DNA from: an archaeon
GTDB lineage: Archaea; Iainarchaeota; Iainarchaeia; Iainarchaeales; JANQMZ01
Assembly: GCA_028279805.1 (NCBI GenBank)
Contig: JANQMZ010000007.1
Location: 60,001-92,000, forward strand
Direction: 5' to 3'
DNA: 32,000 nt
The position numbers were made by a program, and so were the translations under genes. Below the pieces are notes generated by a model. It ran no database searches and had not been told where the DNA came from. It saw only the letters and a program-made list of their open reading frames with translations. Shown piece by piece: positions 8,572 through 18,289 of the stretch. The stretch's first letter is position 1; every line of letters starts with the position of its first letter.

Positions 8572-9990
8572 ATGATTTCTTTTTATCTTCAAAAAAATCC
8601 TGTTTCGAGGGAAATAAAACAATTGTTGAAAATAGCTGCGTCGGATTATTCTGAGAATAAAAAATATGATGTTGTTATTGCTGATAAAATTCCAAAAAAT
8701 CAAAATTTTAAAGCACTGGTTTTGGTTAAAAAAAATTTAAATTTTAATTCTGATATTCCTATTCTTGAAACAGATTTGGTTGATTTGTGTCAAAAAGGGC
8801 TTAATTTTAACGCAGTAGATTACACCAAACCTTTAATTGAAGAAGAACTTTTTTTAATTAAAGAATTTTGTGCTAAAAACACTGTTTTGGCTGAAATTCC
8901 TCCTGTTTCTTTTGGCAAAACTTTTTTTGTTGTTCTTTCTCATGATATTGACCATTTGTCTTTGCATGGAATGCATTTTGAAAGAAGTGCTGATAAAAAT
9001 CTTGACAACAGAACTTTTTTTGAAAAAATAAAATCTTTTCTTGCAAACCATAAAAGTTTGCATGATAAAACTTTGGGATTTTTTGCTCTTTTTAAAGGAG
9101 GAATCTGGAAAGACATTAATAATTTTGAAAAAATTAACAATATTGAAAAAAATTTTAATTTATCTTCAACTTATTTTTTTGCTCCTTTTAAGCAAAAAGG
9201 AATTTCTTATGATTTAAAAAATGCAGAAAATCATATCAATTTTGTTAAAAAAAACAATAATGAAATTGCCTGCCATTCAGTTTCGGGGCAGAACAGTTTG
9301 AAGCATGCTGTGAATGAAAAAAAAATTGTTGAAAAATTTGCACCTGTAAAAGGAAACCGGGTGCATCATCTTGATTTTGAAAGCACAGATTTTTTAAAAA
9401 ATTTTGAAAAAGCCGGCTATTTGTATGATTCTTCTCTGGGTTTGAACAAAAAAACAGGGTTTCCCTGCCTTACAACCCAACCTTTTGTTCCTTTAAATTG
9501 TGAAAAATTAATGGAGTTTCCTTTAAATGTTCAGGATGGTTCTCTGTTCAAATCGAATGCAATGAATTTGTCTTTTCAAAAAGCAAAAAAACATTGTTTT
9601 AATTTTATGACTTTTTTTCAAAAATTTGGAGGGCAGCTTGTTTTAGACTGGCATAATGTTTTTTTTAATCCGCAGTACAGTTCCTGGGAAAAACTTTACA
9701 TTGAGTTAATAAAAAAATCATTTGAATTAAATGCTTTGCCGGTAACCATGTCTGAATGTTTTGAATTTTTTAATGAGAGAAGAAATTCTAAAATTTTGCA
9801 TAACAAAAAATCAAACTCTAATCTTTTTAGTTTTAAAACGGTTCCTAAAAATAAAATGTTTTTAAGAATCTGGAAGAATAAAAATCTTGTTATAAATGCT
9901 GAAAATGAGTTAAATATTTCTGAATCAAAAAAATGTGTTGACATTCTTTGTTCAGATAAAACACTTGTAACAGTGTCATCAAAAAATTAA
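8572..9990 (+). CDS. Hypothetical protein with a divergent CE4-like (polysaccharide deacetylase / 7-stranded barrel) C-terminal domain
   Basis: The track ORF starts at 8503 and overlaps the upstream gene, so I prefer the ATG at 8572 (MISFYLQ...). CE4-like order of motifs: VVLSHDIDH, TYFFAPF, EIACHSVSG, GNRVHHLDF, GYLYDSSLG, MEFPLN. The assignment is by eye only. Confidence 0.45.
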   Translation: MISFYLQKNPVSREIKQLLKIAASDYSENKKYDVVIADKIPKNQNFKALVLVKKNLNFNSDIPILETDLVDLCQKGLNFNAVDYTKPLIEEELFLIKEFCAKNTVLAEIPPVSFGKTFFVVLSHDIDHLSLHGMHFERSADKNLDNRTFFEKIKSFLANHKSLHDKTLGFFALFKGGIWKDINNFEKINNIEKNFNLSSTYFFAPFKQKGISYDLKNAENHINFVKKNNNEIACHSVSGQNSLKHAVNEKKIVEKFAPVKGNRVHHLDFESTDFLKNFEKAGYLYDSSLGLNKKTGFPCLTTQPFVPLNCEKLMEFPLNVQDGSLFKSNAMNLSFQKAKKHCFNFMTFFQKFGGQLVLDWHNVFFNPQYSSWEKLYIELIKKSFELNALPVTMSECFEFFNERRNSKILHNKKSNSNLFSFKTVPKNKMFLRIWKNKNLVINAENELNISESKKCVDILCSDKTLVTVSSKN

Positions 9991-10970
9991 TTCATTGTTT
10001 TGTTTTCCGCGTTTTCAATATAAGTTTTTCCTTCTTTTATGAAAAAATAGTATCCTATTGCCAGAAAAAACAGTATAACTATTCTGTCCAGTAAAACAAC
10101 TGACAAGCTTATTTCTGTGGACACATTAATGTATGAATACATTAGAATCATTGTGGCATCTCTCACACCCAGACCTGAGGGTATTTGTGAAACTGTTCCC
10201 AAAAGCGAGGAGGAAGCCATTATTACAAGAATGTAGCCGAATGGCACGTATATTCCGAATCCCTGAAAAATAAGCCAGTATGATAAAACGGACAGCCCCC
10301 AGATAACCAGAATTACCGGTATTAAAAAATAAGCGTGCTTGTTGAACAAAAGCTCGGTCCACACTTCTCTTATTGTTAAGAGTGTTCTGAAAAACATTGT
10401 AAAATATTTTGAAAAAATTTTGTTTGAATTTTTATTTCCAAATTCAATAAAATAATAAAAAACTTTTAGCGGAATTAAAAAGAAAATCAATAATCCTATT
10501 ATAAAAATTCCTGCAAAAATTAAAAATTTGTCAATGGTTAAATATGGCAATCCTGCAAATAAAAAATAAACACCGACAGCTGATAAAAGCAAAACTGTTC
10601 CGATGTCTATTGCATATTCAAAGCTTGTGATTGAAATTGATTTTGTTCTGGCAATTTTTGTTTTACCGCTTAAAATCAAAGCTTTTATCGGAGCTGTGAA
10701 CTGGCTTGGAACAAAATTGTAAACAAATTTTGTAATATATTCGAGTTTGTATAAAAATTTCCATTCAACTTTCTCATTCAAAAGATGTAAAAGATATTTT
10801 GTCCTGAACGCACTTAAACCATAAACAACAAATACTAAAGAAAATCCCGCAATTATTAACCAGTAATTTTCAACCTGAAACAAAAAATTCAAATCAATTT
10901 GCTGAGTTAAAAGAAATAACAAAAAGAAAAGTATTCCGATAAAATACAACACAACATATCTTTTTTTCAT
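9987..10970 (-). CDS. UPF0104 / LPG-synthase-TM 'flippase-like' integral membrane protein
   Basis: 327-aa ORF with about 8 hydrophobic spans. The family-typical C-proximal motif is IPSGLGVRDATMILMY (compare PGGLGVRE). Confidence 0.65.
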   Translation of the reverse strand: MKKRYVVLYFIGILFFLLFLLTQQIDLNFLFQVENYWLIIAGFSLVFVVYGLSAFRTKYLLHLLNEKVEWKFLYKLEYITKFVYNFVPSQFTAPIKALILSGKTKIARTKSISITSFEYAIDIGTVLLLSAVGVYFLFAGLPYLTIDKFLIFAGIFIIGLLIFFLIPLKVFYYFIEFGNKNSNKIFSKYFTMFFRTLLTIREVWTELLFNKHAYFLIPVILVIWGLSVLSYWLIFQGFGIYVPFGYILVIMASSSLLGTVSQIPSGLGVRDATMILMYSYINVSTEISLSVVLLDRIVILFFLAIGYYFFIKEGKTYIENAENKTMN

Positions 10971-10974
10971 TTTA

Positions 10975-12645
10975 TCATCCCAAATGTTTAATTAGTTCTT
11001 CTCCGTTAAGATTTTTGCTTTTTTTATTAATTGCTTGTAAAAGCATTTTTTGAGCTTTTGTGTTCATTGGCTCTGAAACACTGATAAAAGGGCTGTTTGT
11101 TAAAATATTTACATGAACATGTGTTTTGTCTCCGCCGGTTAGTTTTAAATGGGTTAAAAAACATATAACTGATTCAGGATTTTCAAACATTGTTTTAATG
11201 GTTTTAAAAATTTTTTTGGAATAATCTGAATCAGGGTTTGAACGTAAAAACCGGTCAATCCATATGCATGGAACTTCAACGGTTTTTGACAGTTTTAATT
11301 CATTGTTTTCAATTTTTAAAAGACTGTAAGGCCGGGGAATTGTAATTTTTTCTTCATCAATTAAATCTGATGAATCAATTTTGAAATGTTTTTCAACATG
11401 CTGTAAAACTTTTTCGGTTCGTGTAAGTGAAGGATATCTTACAATAGCTGACTGTTTTAATCCTTTTGTTAAATTAAACCATTCTGCAATGGTTTTTTTG
11501 ATAAACTCTTGGGACATTTTGTGTTTTTTTTCTTCAAATGCTTTAACTTTTTCAGGGTAATTGAACAAAAGAACTGATTTTAAATAAAGAAAAAATCTTT
11601 TGCTAATTAGTGAAATCAAATCTTTTGAAAGTGTTAACGGTTTTGAAACTTCTCCGCTGTAACCACCATAAGACCATTTTTGATGGTTTGACAAATGGGA
11701 GCAAAGGCTGTGTTTTTCTGAAAATTTTAAACTGTTTTTATTTTTTTCAATGTTTATTTTTTCAAATCCGGCGTAATCTTTTCCTTTTTTTATTTCATCT
11801 CCGCTTACCATAAACAGGCCTTTTACTTTTTCTTTATTTAATCTTTTAACAGTTTTTTTTATTGCATTTTCAAAAAGCATGTCATTCCTGTTTTTTGCAC
11901 CTGTAATGTCAGTACATTCTCTTTTTTTGTTGTTAAAATAAAAGCTCTGGCATTCGCAGTCTATTGTAAACAAAGAAACTGGTTTTTTTTCCTTTGGTTT
12001 ATAATGCCCCAATGTGTGTAAAACAAATTTCATTAATAGCTGAATGTTTGAAATATTTGATGCATCTGCTTCGGCAAAATTATGCAAATAAATATTTTTA
12101 ACATATTCAAATGCAATGTTTCCGTTAATGTAATAAATATTTTTTGTTTTTTTTGTAAAAAAACCAGAACCGTTTTCAAATTTTAAAATTTTTTTACCCC
12201 TGCCAAATTTGAACGCTTTTGGAATGTCAACATATAAGTTTTTTGGCACAATTTTTGCATTTTTTTCAGGATAAATTTTGGTTTTTTTTAAATCACGTTT
12301 TTTTGTTTCAATTTTCATTTGTTTTAATTGTTTTTTTTCAATCAGGGAACTTAAAAGAATGCATATTTTTGCTTTGGTGTTTTGTTCTAAAATTTTTAAA
12401 GTGTTTTCTGAAAAATTAACCGCAAAAAAAACATCAATATTTTTATGTTTGTTTAAATTTTTTTCTTTAATCAGCTGAGCAGATAGTTTTGCAGAATCAA
12501 ATATTAATAATTGCAACCCAAAAACTGTTAATATTTCTTTTTTTGATGGCTTGTCTGAGTAAACTATTCCGATTTTTTTTGTTTTGGAAAAATTTATTTG
12601 TTTTAACATTTTTTCTGTAATTTTAATATCTGAAAATTGTTTCAT
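10975..12645 (-). CDS. Large hypothetical protein with a divergent CE4-like deacetylase domain (paralogous in layout to 8572-9990)
   Basis: The track start at 12696 would overlap the upstream gene by 41 nt. The ATG at 12645 (MKQFSD...) is preceded by GAGTTGA + 5 nt. Motif order: LFTIDCEC, GLFMVSGDE, CSHLSNHQ (H-x3-H), IVRYPSLT, HFKIDSSD, TVEVPC. Confidence 0.4.
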   Translation of the reverse strand: MKQFSDIKITEKMLKQINFSKTKKIGIVYSDKPSKKEILTVFGLQLLIFDSAKLSAQLIKEKNLNKHKNIDVFFAVNFSENTLKILEQNTKAKICILLSSLIEKKQLKQMKIETKKRDLKKTKIYPEKNAKIVPKNLYVDIPKAFKFGRGKKILKFENGSGFFTKKTKNIYYINGNIAFEYVKNIYLHNFAEADASNISNIQLLMKFVLHTLGHYKPKEKKPVSLFTIDCECQSFYFNNKKRECTDITGAKNRNDMLFENAIKKTVKRLNKEKVKGLFMVSGDEIKKGKDYAGFEKINIEKNKNSLKFSEKHSLCSHLSNHQKWSYGGYSGEVSKPLTLSKDLISLISKRFFLYLKSVLLFNYPEKVKAFEEKKHKMSQEFIKKTIAEWFNLTKGLKQSAIVRYPSLTRTEKVLQHVEKHFKIDSSDLIDEEKITIPRPYSLLKIENNELKLSKTVEVPCIWIDRFLRSNPDSDYSKKIFKTIKTMFENPESVICFLTHLKLTGGDKTHVHVNILTNSPFISVSEPMNTKAQKMLLQAINKKSKNLNGEELIKHLG

Positions 12646-12655
12646 AAATTTCAAC

Positions 12656-13729
12656 TCATAATAATCCAAATAATGAAATTTTATCTTTTCCTGCAATTTT
12701 AACCGGAAAATCGTTGTATAATCTGATTAACCAGAAAGCAAAAGCCTTCCTCAAAGGCTTGTAAACCTTTATTTCTCTTGGTATTTCGTATAATTCTCCT
12801 CCGAATGTTTTTTTGAATCTGAACATTCCCAGTGATTTTTTGTCAGTAAAACCGATTGGCTTTATTCTTACTCCGCCCAAATCCAGCCATTTGAATTTGT
12901 TTTCTTTTCCAAATTTTATTAAATTCCATATCAAAAAATCATTTGTTTTTAAATGTAAAAAATCTGGATCATAAACGGTGTTCCAGTAATGAATAACTTT
13001 TTTGTAAGCTATCTGTATGCTTCCTCCAATTATTTTGTTTTGATGTTTTATTATGAAAAAATTTGCCAGTTTTTTTTTACTTAAATCAAATAATTGTTTT
13101 TGATAATCAAAATCTTCAACTCCCAGCCCCGTTCTTTTACACATTTTTTCATGCAACTTGTAATATGTTTCAATATCTTTTTCGGTTCCTTTTTCAAATT
13201 TTAAATTGTTTTTTTCAGAAATTTTTATTGATTTTCTGCATTTTCTGTTCATTTCCTTCTGAATTTTTTCCAGTGGTTTTTCTAAATCCAGTAAAAAAGT
13301 ATGTTCAGGACTTTTTTGAAAGCCATGCTCTTCCAGCCAGTAATCTGCTTTTTTTCCGACAAGTTTCGGGGAATTAATATTTGCCCTGTTTACAAAAAAA
13401 TGTGCGTTTGTTTTTTTTGCAATTTCATCAATTTTTTCAAGAATTGCTTTAATTATTTTTTCCTTGTTTTTTTGCTTAACACATAATCCTGCGTTGCCTA
13501 TTCCGGGACTATCTAAAAAATTTACAAACCTGTTTTTGAAATGAACAAGGGGAATTATTCCCACAATTTTTTCATTTTCTTTTGCTGTTAAGTACATTGG
13601 TTTTAATCCGAAGAACGGCATTAATTTTTCCCATTCTGTTCTGTGCATAGCCCAACCATAATCATTTGAATCTGTAAAATCATTCCATTCTTTGGAATCT
13701 GTTTCTTTCATTAACTCCACTTTAATCAT
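12656..13729 (-). CDS. FemAB-like / GNAT-fold aminoacyl- or acyl-transferase
   Basis: 357-aa ORF. The C-terminal half, GGSIQIAYKKVIHYWNTVYDPDFLHLKTNDFLIWNLIKFGKENKFKWLDLGGV, matches the FemABX / BioF2-like acetyltransferase pattern. Its start forms an ATGA overlap with the upstream gene. Confidence 0.65.
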   Translation of the reverse strand: MIKVELMKETDSKEWNDFTDSNDYGWAMHRTEWEKLMPFFGLKPMYLTAKENEKIVGIIPLVHFKNRFVNFLDSPGIGNAGLCVKQKNKEKIIKAILEKIDEIAKKTNAHFFVNRANINSPKLVGKKADYWLEEHGFQKSPEHTFLLDLEKPLEKIQKEMNRKCRKSIKISEKNNLKFEKGTEKDIETYYKLHEKMCKRTGLGVEDFDYQKQLFDLSKKKLANFFIIKHQNKIIGGSIQIAYKKVIHYWNTVYDPDFLHLKTNDFLIWNLIKFGKENKFKWLDLGGVRIKPIGFTDKKSLGMFRFKKTFGGELYEIPREIKVYKPLRKAFAFWLIRLYNDFPVKIAGKDKISLFGLL

Positions 13730-14826
13730 TTGAATTCCCTCACTATTCTGATTATTTTTTCCATTTGTTTTTGTGATAACTGGTGGTGTATTGGCAGAAC
13801 AATATGTTGCTGTGAAATTTTCCAGGCATTTTTCATTGTTTTAAATTTTTGAGGCAATTCCCACATTATTCCTGCCTTATATCCTTTTTTTGACAGTTTT
13901 TTAGCTATTTTTTTATTGTTTTTTTCTGTAAACAACACAAAACCGAACGGATTTGTATGTTTTAAATCATGTTTTAAGTATTTCCGGCCTTTAAACGCTT
14001 TTTGATATTTTTCATAGTTTTCAATTCTTTTTCTTAAAATTTGTTCTTTTTTTTCAAGCCAGTAATTGCAAAGACTATTGTCAAAAGGAACCTGAAATGT
14101 TCCGGTATCATTAAATTTTATCACAAACTGTTTTGCCCTGTGAGCCAAATCAATAGGCGCATAAAAAATATTGTATAAAAAACTGTTAATAAAAGCACTT
14201 GATAAAATGTTTTCAAAAAAGAATAATAATTCTTCAAATGCAGTTAAAATAATGTTCATTTTTTTTCTTTTTTTTATTTCTTTTTTTGAAAGAACAAATT
14301 TTTTGTTTTTTATTGCAAGAATTCCTCCCGCTATTACCGGAAAAAATTTTCTGATTGAATAAATTACAAAATCTCCTATTTCTTTTTGCTTTTCTTTAGG
14401 AAAACACAAAGCATTATCTTCAATTATTATTGAACCTTTTGACTTGCACTTATTTCTTATTTTTTCAAGTTTTTTTGGCGAAATGTTCCAGTTAACCAGG
14501 TAAAAAATGCTTTCAGAATCAAGTTTGTTAAAAACATTATTTTCAGGTGTTAAATCTTTTTTAACATCATAATATTTTATGTTAATTTTTTTTTTAAACC
14601 GGTTTAATTTTAAAAAAACAACTTCACAATTGTATCCCGGTGCAAAAATTTTTTTATAACCGTTTTCAATACTTTTTTCTAACGCAATATTTATTGCATG
14701 GGAAGCGCTTCCTGTTTTTATTATCTGGTTTTGGTTTGAATAAATTTTTTGTTTTTTTGAATTAAAAGATTTTAAGAAATCTTTCAGCCCGAGAACCGGA
14801 TAATTTATTATATTAATCTGCGGCAT
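13726..14826 (-). CDS. Divergent DegT/DnrJ/EryC1-like PLP-dependent sugar aminotransferase
   Basis: 366-aa ORF. Family-order motifs: TGSASHAINIALE, IFAPGYNCEVV, IIIEDNALCF, GDFVIYSIRKFFPVIAGGIL (candidate PLP Lys) and IVLPIHHQLS. Confidence 0.5.
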   Translation of the reverse strand: MPQINIINYPVLGLKDFLKSFNSKKQKIYSNQNQIIKTGSASHAINIALEKSIENGYKKIFAPGYNCEVVFLKLNRFKKKINIKYYDVKKDLTPENNVFNKLDSESIFYLVNWNISPKKLEKIRNKCKSKGSIIIEDNALCFPKEKQKEIGDFVIYSIRKFFPVIAGGILAIKNKKFVLSKKEIKKRKKMNIILTAFEELLFFFENILSSAFINSFLYNIFYAPIDLAHRAKQFVIKFNDTGTFQVPFDNSLCNYWLEKKEQILRKRIENYEKYQKAFKGRKYLKHDLKHTNPFGFVLFTEKNNKKIAKKLSKKGYKAGIMWELPQKFKTMKNAWKISQQHIVLPIHHQLSQKQMEKIIRIVREFK

Positions 14827-15719
14827 CAGTAAAACCTTATTTTTCTCTCTTTTAAAGCGCGTTCAACCTGGTTTGAAAATTTTGTTCTTCTGCCTGTTCT
14901 TTTAAAATTTTCAAGTTCTAAAATTAAAAAATTTTTTCCTGCATCAACTGTTTTTTTGCCGCATACTACAACTGACGCTGATATCAGGTTAATGTTTTCC
15001 CGGTTTAATTCTTTTAATAAAACAATTTTTCCGCTTGTTTCAAAAGGAGTAAATTTTATTTTTTTTTCTTCTGTAAATTCCTGCAGGGCTTCAATCGCAT
15101 TTTGTTCCAATTCTTTTTGGTTAAATTTTATATCCGCATTTTTTATTTTTTTTGCAGGAACACCCGCCATTACACTTTTTGCAGGAACATTTTTTGTTAC
15201 AACTGCTCCCGCGCCTATGACACTTTTTTCTCCTATTGAAATGCCCGGCAGTATTACAGCATTGCTTCCTATGTAAACGTTTTTTTCAATGTAAACCGGT
15301 TCTTCTTTTATTTTACCATAACCTGTTACATTTGCTTTGCTGCTGTCACTTGTTGAAATTGTAACATTTGGCCCTATGTCACATCCGTCATCAATCGTAA
15401 CAGAATCATTGCATTCGATTAAACAGTTTGGTGCAATGTAAACATTTTTTCCTATTTTTAATCTGTTTCCCCGCATGTTTGCATTGTTTTCAATTATTGA
15501 ATCGGAACCGATTTCCAAATGTTTGCAGTCAAAAACACTGTTATATTTTATTTCAACATTTTTTCCTATTGTCATTTTTTTGAATCCCAGTCCAAAAACA
15601 GTGTTTGGATAAATAACCGTAAATTTTCCTATTTTTGCCCCTAACAAACTATAAATTGTTTTTTTTAACGAGTTAAATGGCAGCATTGCCACAATTCCTG
15701 CGATTATTTTTTTTAACAT
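14826..15719 (-). CDS. Hexapeptide-repeat (left-handed beta-helix) acyltransferase with about 100-aa C-terminal extension
   Basis: 297-aa ORF. It has the typical N-terminus ...LLGAKIGKFTVIYPN. Repeated [LIV]G-x4 hexapeptides run through IGSNAVILPGISIGEKSVIGAGAVVTKNVP. I recognise nothing in the tail from about residue 195. Confidence 0.75.
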   Translation of the reverse strand: MLKKIIAGIVAMLPFNSLKKTIYSLLGAKIGKFTVIYPNTVFGLGFKKMTIGKNVEIKYNSVFDCKHLEIGSDSIIENNANMRGNRLKIGKNVYIAPNCLIECNDSVTIDDGCDIGPNVTISTSDSSKANVTGYGKIKEEPVYIEKNVYIGSNAVILPGISIGEKSVIGAGAVVTKNVPAKSVMAGVPAKKIKNADIKFNQKELEQNAIEALQEFTEEKKIKFTPFETSGKIVLLKELNRENINLISASVVVCGKKTVDAGKNFLILELENFKRTGRRTKFSNQVERALKERKIRFY

Positions 15720-15733
15720 TTTTTTCCAGCCTT

Positions 15734-16432
15734 TTATTCTGCAATTATTATCATTTTTCTTCCTAATAAGTTTATTATCGGAATTTTTGTAAAAATTTTG
15801 TCAATTATTGAAAGTTTTCCCAGAAAAGGAATTGAAAGTTTTGTTCCGAGTCCTGAAAAAAAACCCATAGTATAATCTGTGTAAAAAGAATTCAAAATTT
15901 TGAAATCACTGTTTTCAACAATTGTTTTCATTTCTTTCATTGTATATTGTTTTGGGTATTCCACATATTTTCCTAATATTTTTAATCCTAAATTTCTTAA
16001 AGCCTGAAGCAAGCTGTCATGGTTTGTTGTTAAAATTATTAATTTTCCTTCTGGTTTTAAAACTCTTTTTGCTTCTTTTAATGCTTTTCCTTCCTGCCCT
16101 CTTATTTCAACAAGCAGGCTTGACATGAACACATAATCAAATGTTTTGTTTTTAAAATTCAGTTTTAACGCGTTTCCAACTTTTGCCTGTTTAAAAAATT
16201 TTTTTGCTTCTTTTATCATTTTTTTGTTTATGTCTATTCCTTCAACTGTTGCTTTTTTTCCAAATTTTTTTGTAAACATGTACATACATATTCCTGCACC
16301 GCATCCGTTGTCAAGAATTTTTGCAGGTGTTTTAATATGCGGGCAGATATATTCTGATAAAAGTTTTACATAATCAGTTGACTGTTTATTTTGAATGGAA
16401 TAACTTTCAACTAATTTGTCATATTTGTCCAT
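15734..16432 (-). CDS. Class I SAM-dependent methyltransferase
   Basis: 232-aa ORF. Motif I is ILDNGCGAGICMY, with FDYVFMSSLL and LKPEGKLIIL following. It is the first gene of the minus-strand operon 16432 to 9987. Confidence 0.8.
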   Translation of the reverse strand: MDKYDKLVESYSIQNKQSTDYVKLLSEYICPHIKTPAKILDNGCGAGICMYMFTKKFGKKATVEGIDINKKMIKEAKKFFKQAKVGNALKLNFKNKTFDYVFMSSLLVEIRGQEGKALKEAKRVLKPEGKLIILTTNHDSLLQALRNLGLKILGKYVEYPKQYTMKEMKTIVENSDFKILNSFYTDYTMGFFSGLGTKLSIPFLGKLSIIDKIFTKIPIINLLGRKMIIIAE

Positions 16433-16563
16433 AAAATCAGCTAAATATTGTTTTCAAATAAGAGAAATTCAGACTATAATTGTGCTTGTCTTTTTTAATA
16501 AAAAGGTTGGTACAATGCTAAAATAACCTTTTAACGCAGATATTTTGCATTTTGTTCCAATTA

Positions 16564-16571
16564 GTATAAAA
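16564..16571 (+). promoter_or_regulatory. TATA-like GTATAAAA about 30 nt upstream of the ATG at 16594
   Basis: The position fits an archaeal -30 to -23 TATA box with a leaderless start. No Shine-Dalgarno sequence precedes 16594. Confidence 0.35.
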
Positions 16572-16593
16572 ACAATTGTTTTGCAATAATTTA

Positions 16594-17187
16594 ATGTCTA
16601 ATACTTTCATTCATCCGACAGCCGAGATTTCAGACAAATCTGTTGTTGGTGAAAACACCAAAATCTGGCACAATTCACAGGTGCGTGAAAATGTTTCAAT
16701 CGGAAAAAACTGTGTTCTGGCAAAAAATGTTTACATCGACTTAAATGTTAAAATCGGGGACAACGTAAAAATTCAGAACAATGTTTCGGTTTATGACGCC
16801 CAAATTGAAGACAATGTTTTCATCGGCCCGGGAACAACTTTTACAAATGATTTAAATCCCAGGGCTTTTATCTGGGATGAGAAAAAAAGAACAAAAAAAA
16901 CCATAATAAAAAAAGGAGCTTCAATCGGGGCAAATTCAACAATTATCGGCGGAATAACAATCGGAGAATATGCAATGATTGGCGCCGGCTCGGTTGTTAC
17001 AAAAAGTATTCCTGCACATGCACTTGCATTCGGAAATCCCTGCAAAATCAAAGGATTTGTTTCAAAAAATGGTGAAAAACTTGACATTGTTGAATCACAA
17101 AATTCTGATACTGTTGTTTTAAAATCTTCAAAATCAAATGAAACCGTTTCAATTCCAAAAAAAATTTTTGAAAAGGTGAAAAAATGA
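16594..17187 (+). CDS. Hexapeptide N-acetyltransferase, WbpD/WlbB-like (UDP-2-acetamido-3-amino-2,3-dideoxy sugar N-acetyltransferase)
   Basis: The track begins at a TTG (16576). The ATG at 16594 gives [48 protein letters not shown], the characteristic WlbB-type N-terminus. It is followed by an aminotransferase and an oxidoreductase. Confidence 0.8.
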   Translation: MSNTFIHPTAEISDKSVVGENTKIWHNSQVRENVSIGKNCVLAKNVYIDLNVKIGDNVKIQNNVSVYDAQIEDNVFIGPGTTFTNDLNPRAFIWDEKKRTKKTIIKKGASIGANSTIIGGITIGEYAMIGAGSVVTKSIPAHALAFGNPCKIKGFVSKNGEKLDIVESQNSDTVVLKSSKSNETVSIPKKIFEKVKK

Positions 17188-18278
17188 TTCCTATTGCAAA
17201 CCCTTCCTTGGGTTCAGAAGAAGAAAATGCTATAAAAAATGTTTTAAATTCAAATATTTTGGCACAGGGAAAACAAGTTCAGGAATTTGAAAAAAATTTT
17301 GCAGATTTTATAGGAACAAAACATGCAATTGCAACATCATCCGGAACAACCGCGTTACATGTTGCTCTTCTTGCAACCGGAATAAAAAAAAATGACGAAG
17401 TTATTACAACTCCTTTCAGTTTTATTGCTTCATCAAATTCAATTGTTTATTGCAATGCGAAACCCGTTTTTGCGGATATTGATGAAAACACGTTTAACAT
17501 TAATGCGGATTTAATTGAAGAAAAAATTTCAAACAAAACAAAGGCTATTATGCCTGTTCACTTGTTCGGGCAGCCTGCGGAAATGAAAAAAATAATGCAG
17601 ATTGCTGAAAAACATAACCTTACAGTTATTGAAGATGCGTGCCAGTCTCATGGCTCAGAATTTGATGGCAAAAAAACAGGTTCTTTTGACACTGGCTGTT
17701 TTAGTTTTTATCCAACAAAAAACATGACAACATCTGAAGGCGGAATCATTACAACCGATTCTGATAAAATTAATGATTTGTCCAGACTGTTAAGAGAGCA
17801 TGGTTCAAGAAAAAAATATTATAACGAAATTTTGGGATACAATTTCAGAATGACTAATATTGCAGCTGCAATAGGATTGGAACAGTTAAAAAAGCTTGAG
17901 AATTTTAATGAAAAAAGGCAGAAAAATGCTGAATATCTTTCAAAAGGCCTGAAAGACATTCCCGGCCTGATTGTTCCTGAAACAGCTTCAAACAGAACAC
18001 ATGTTTTTCACCAGTATACTGTGAGAATAACAAATGAGGCAAAAATGTCAAGGAACAGTTTTTCAGAAAAACTTAATGAAAATCAGATAGGCAATTCTGT
18101 TTTTTATCCTGTTCCTTTATACAAACAAAGCGTTTACAAAAATTTTGGTTTTGAAAATATTGAACTTCCCGTAACTGAAAAAATCTGCAACGAAGTAATA
18201 AGTTTGCCGGTTCATCCGATGCTTTCACAAAAAGATTTGGATACAATTATTTCGGTTGTTTCAAAAATTTTAGGTTAA
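17184..18278 (+). CDS. DegT/DnrJ/EryC1/StrS-family PLP aminotransferase, WbpE-like
   Basis: 364-aa ORF. Motifs [38 protein letters not shown] (PLP Lys) and HQYTVRI are present. AAGGTGA Shine-Dalgarno sequence, and an ATGA overlap with the upstream gene. Confidence 0.9.
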   Translation: MIPIANPSLGSEEENAIKNVLNSNILAQGKQVQEFEKNFADFIGTKHAIATSSGTTALHVALLATGIKKNDEVITTPFSFIASSNSIVYCNAKPVFADIDENTFNINADLIEEKISNKTKAIMPVHLFGQPAEMKKIMQIAEKHNLTVIEDACQSHGSEFDGKKTGSFDTGCFSFYPTKNMTTSEGGIITTDSDKINDLSRLLREHGSRKKYYNEILGYNFRMTNIAAAIGLEQLKKLENFNEKRQKNAEYLSKGLKDIPGLIVPETASNRTHVFHQYTVRITNEAKMSRNSFSEKLNENQIGNSVFYPVPLYKQSVYKNFGFENIELPVTEKICNEVISLPVHPMLSQKDLDTIISVVSKILG

Positions 18279-18289
18279 GTGTTTTTCAA

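Noticed and set aside
81-16516. Reading TTGGTACAAT (81-90, 16507-16516) as proof of bacterial sigma-70 extended -10 promoters
   Set aside because: A TTCAAA box 17 nt upstream exists only for the first copy. The second copy lies 78 nt from its gene, which has its own TATA-like box at -30. Two identical 10-mers in an AT-rich 32-kb window are not by themselves significant. I keep it as part of an unexplained motif family, not as a promoter call.
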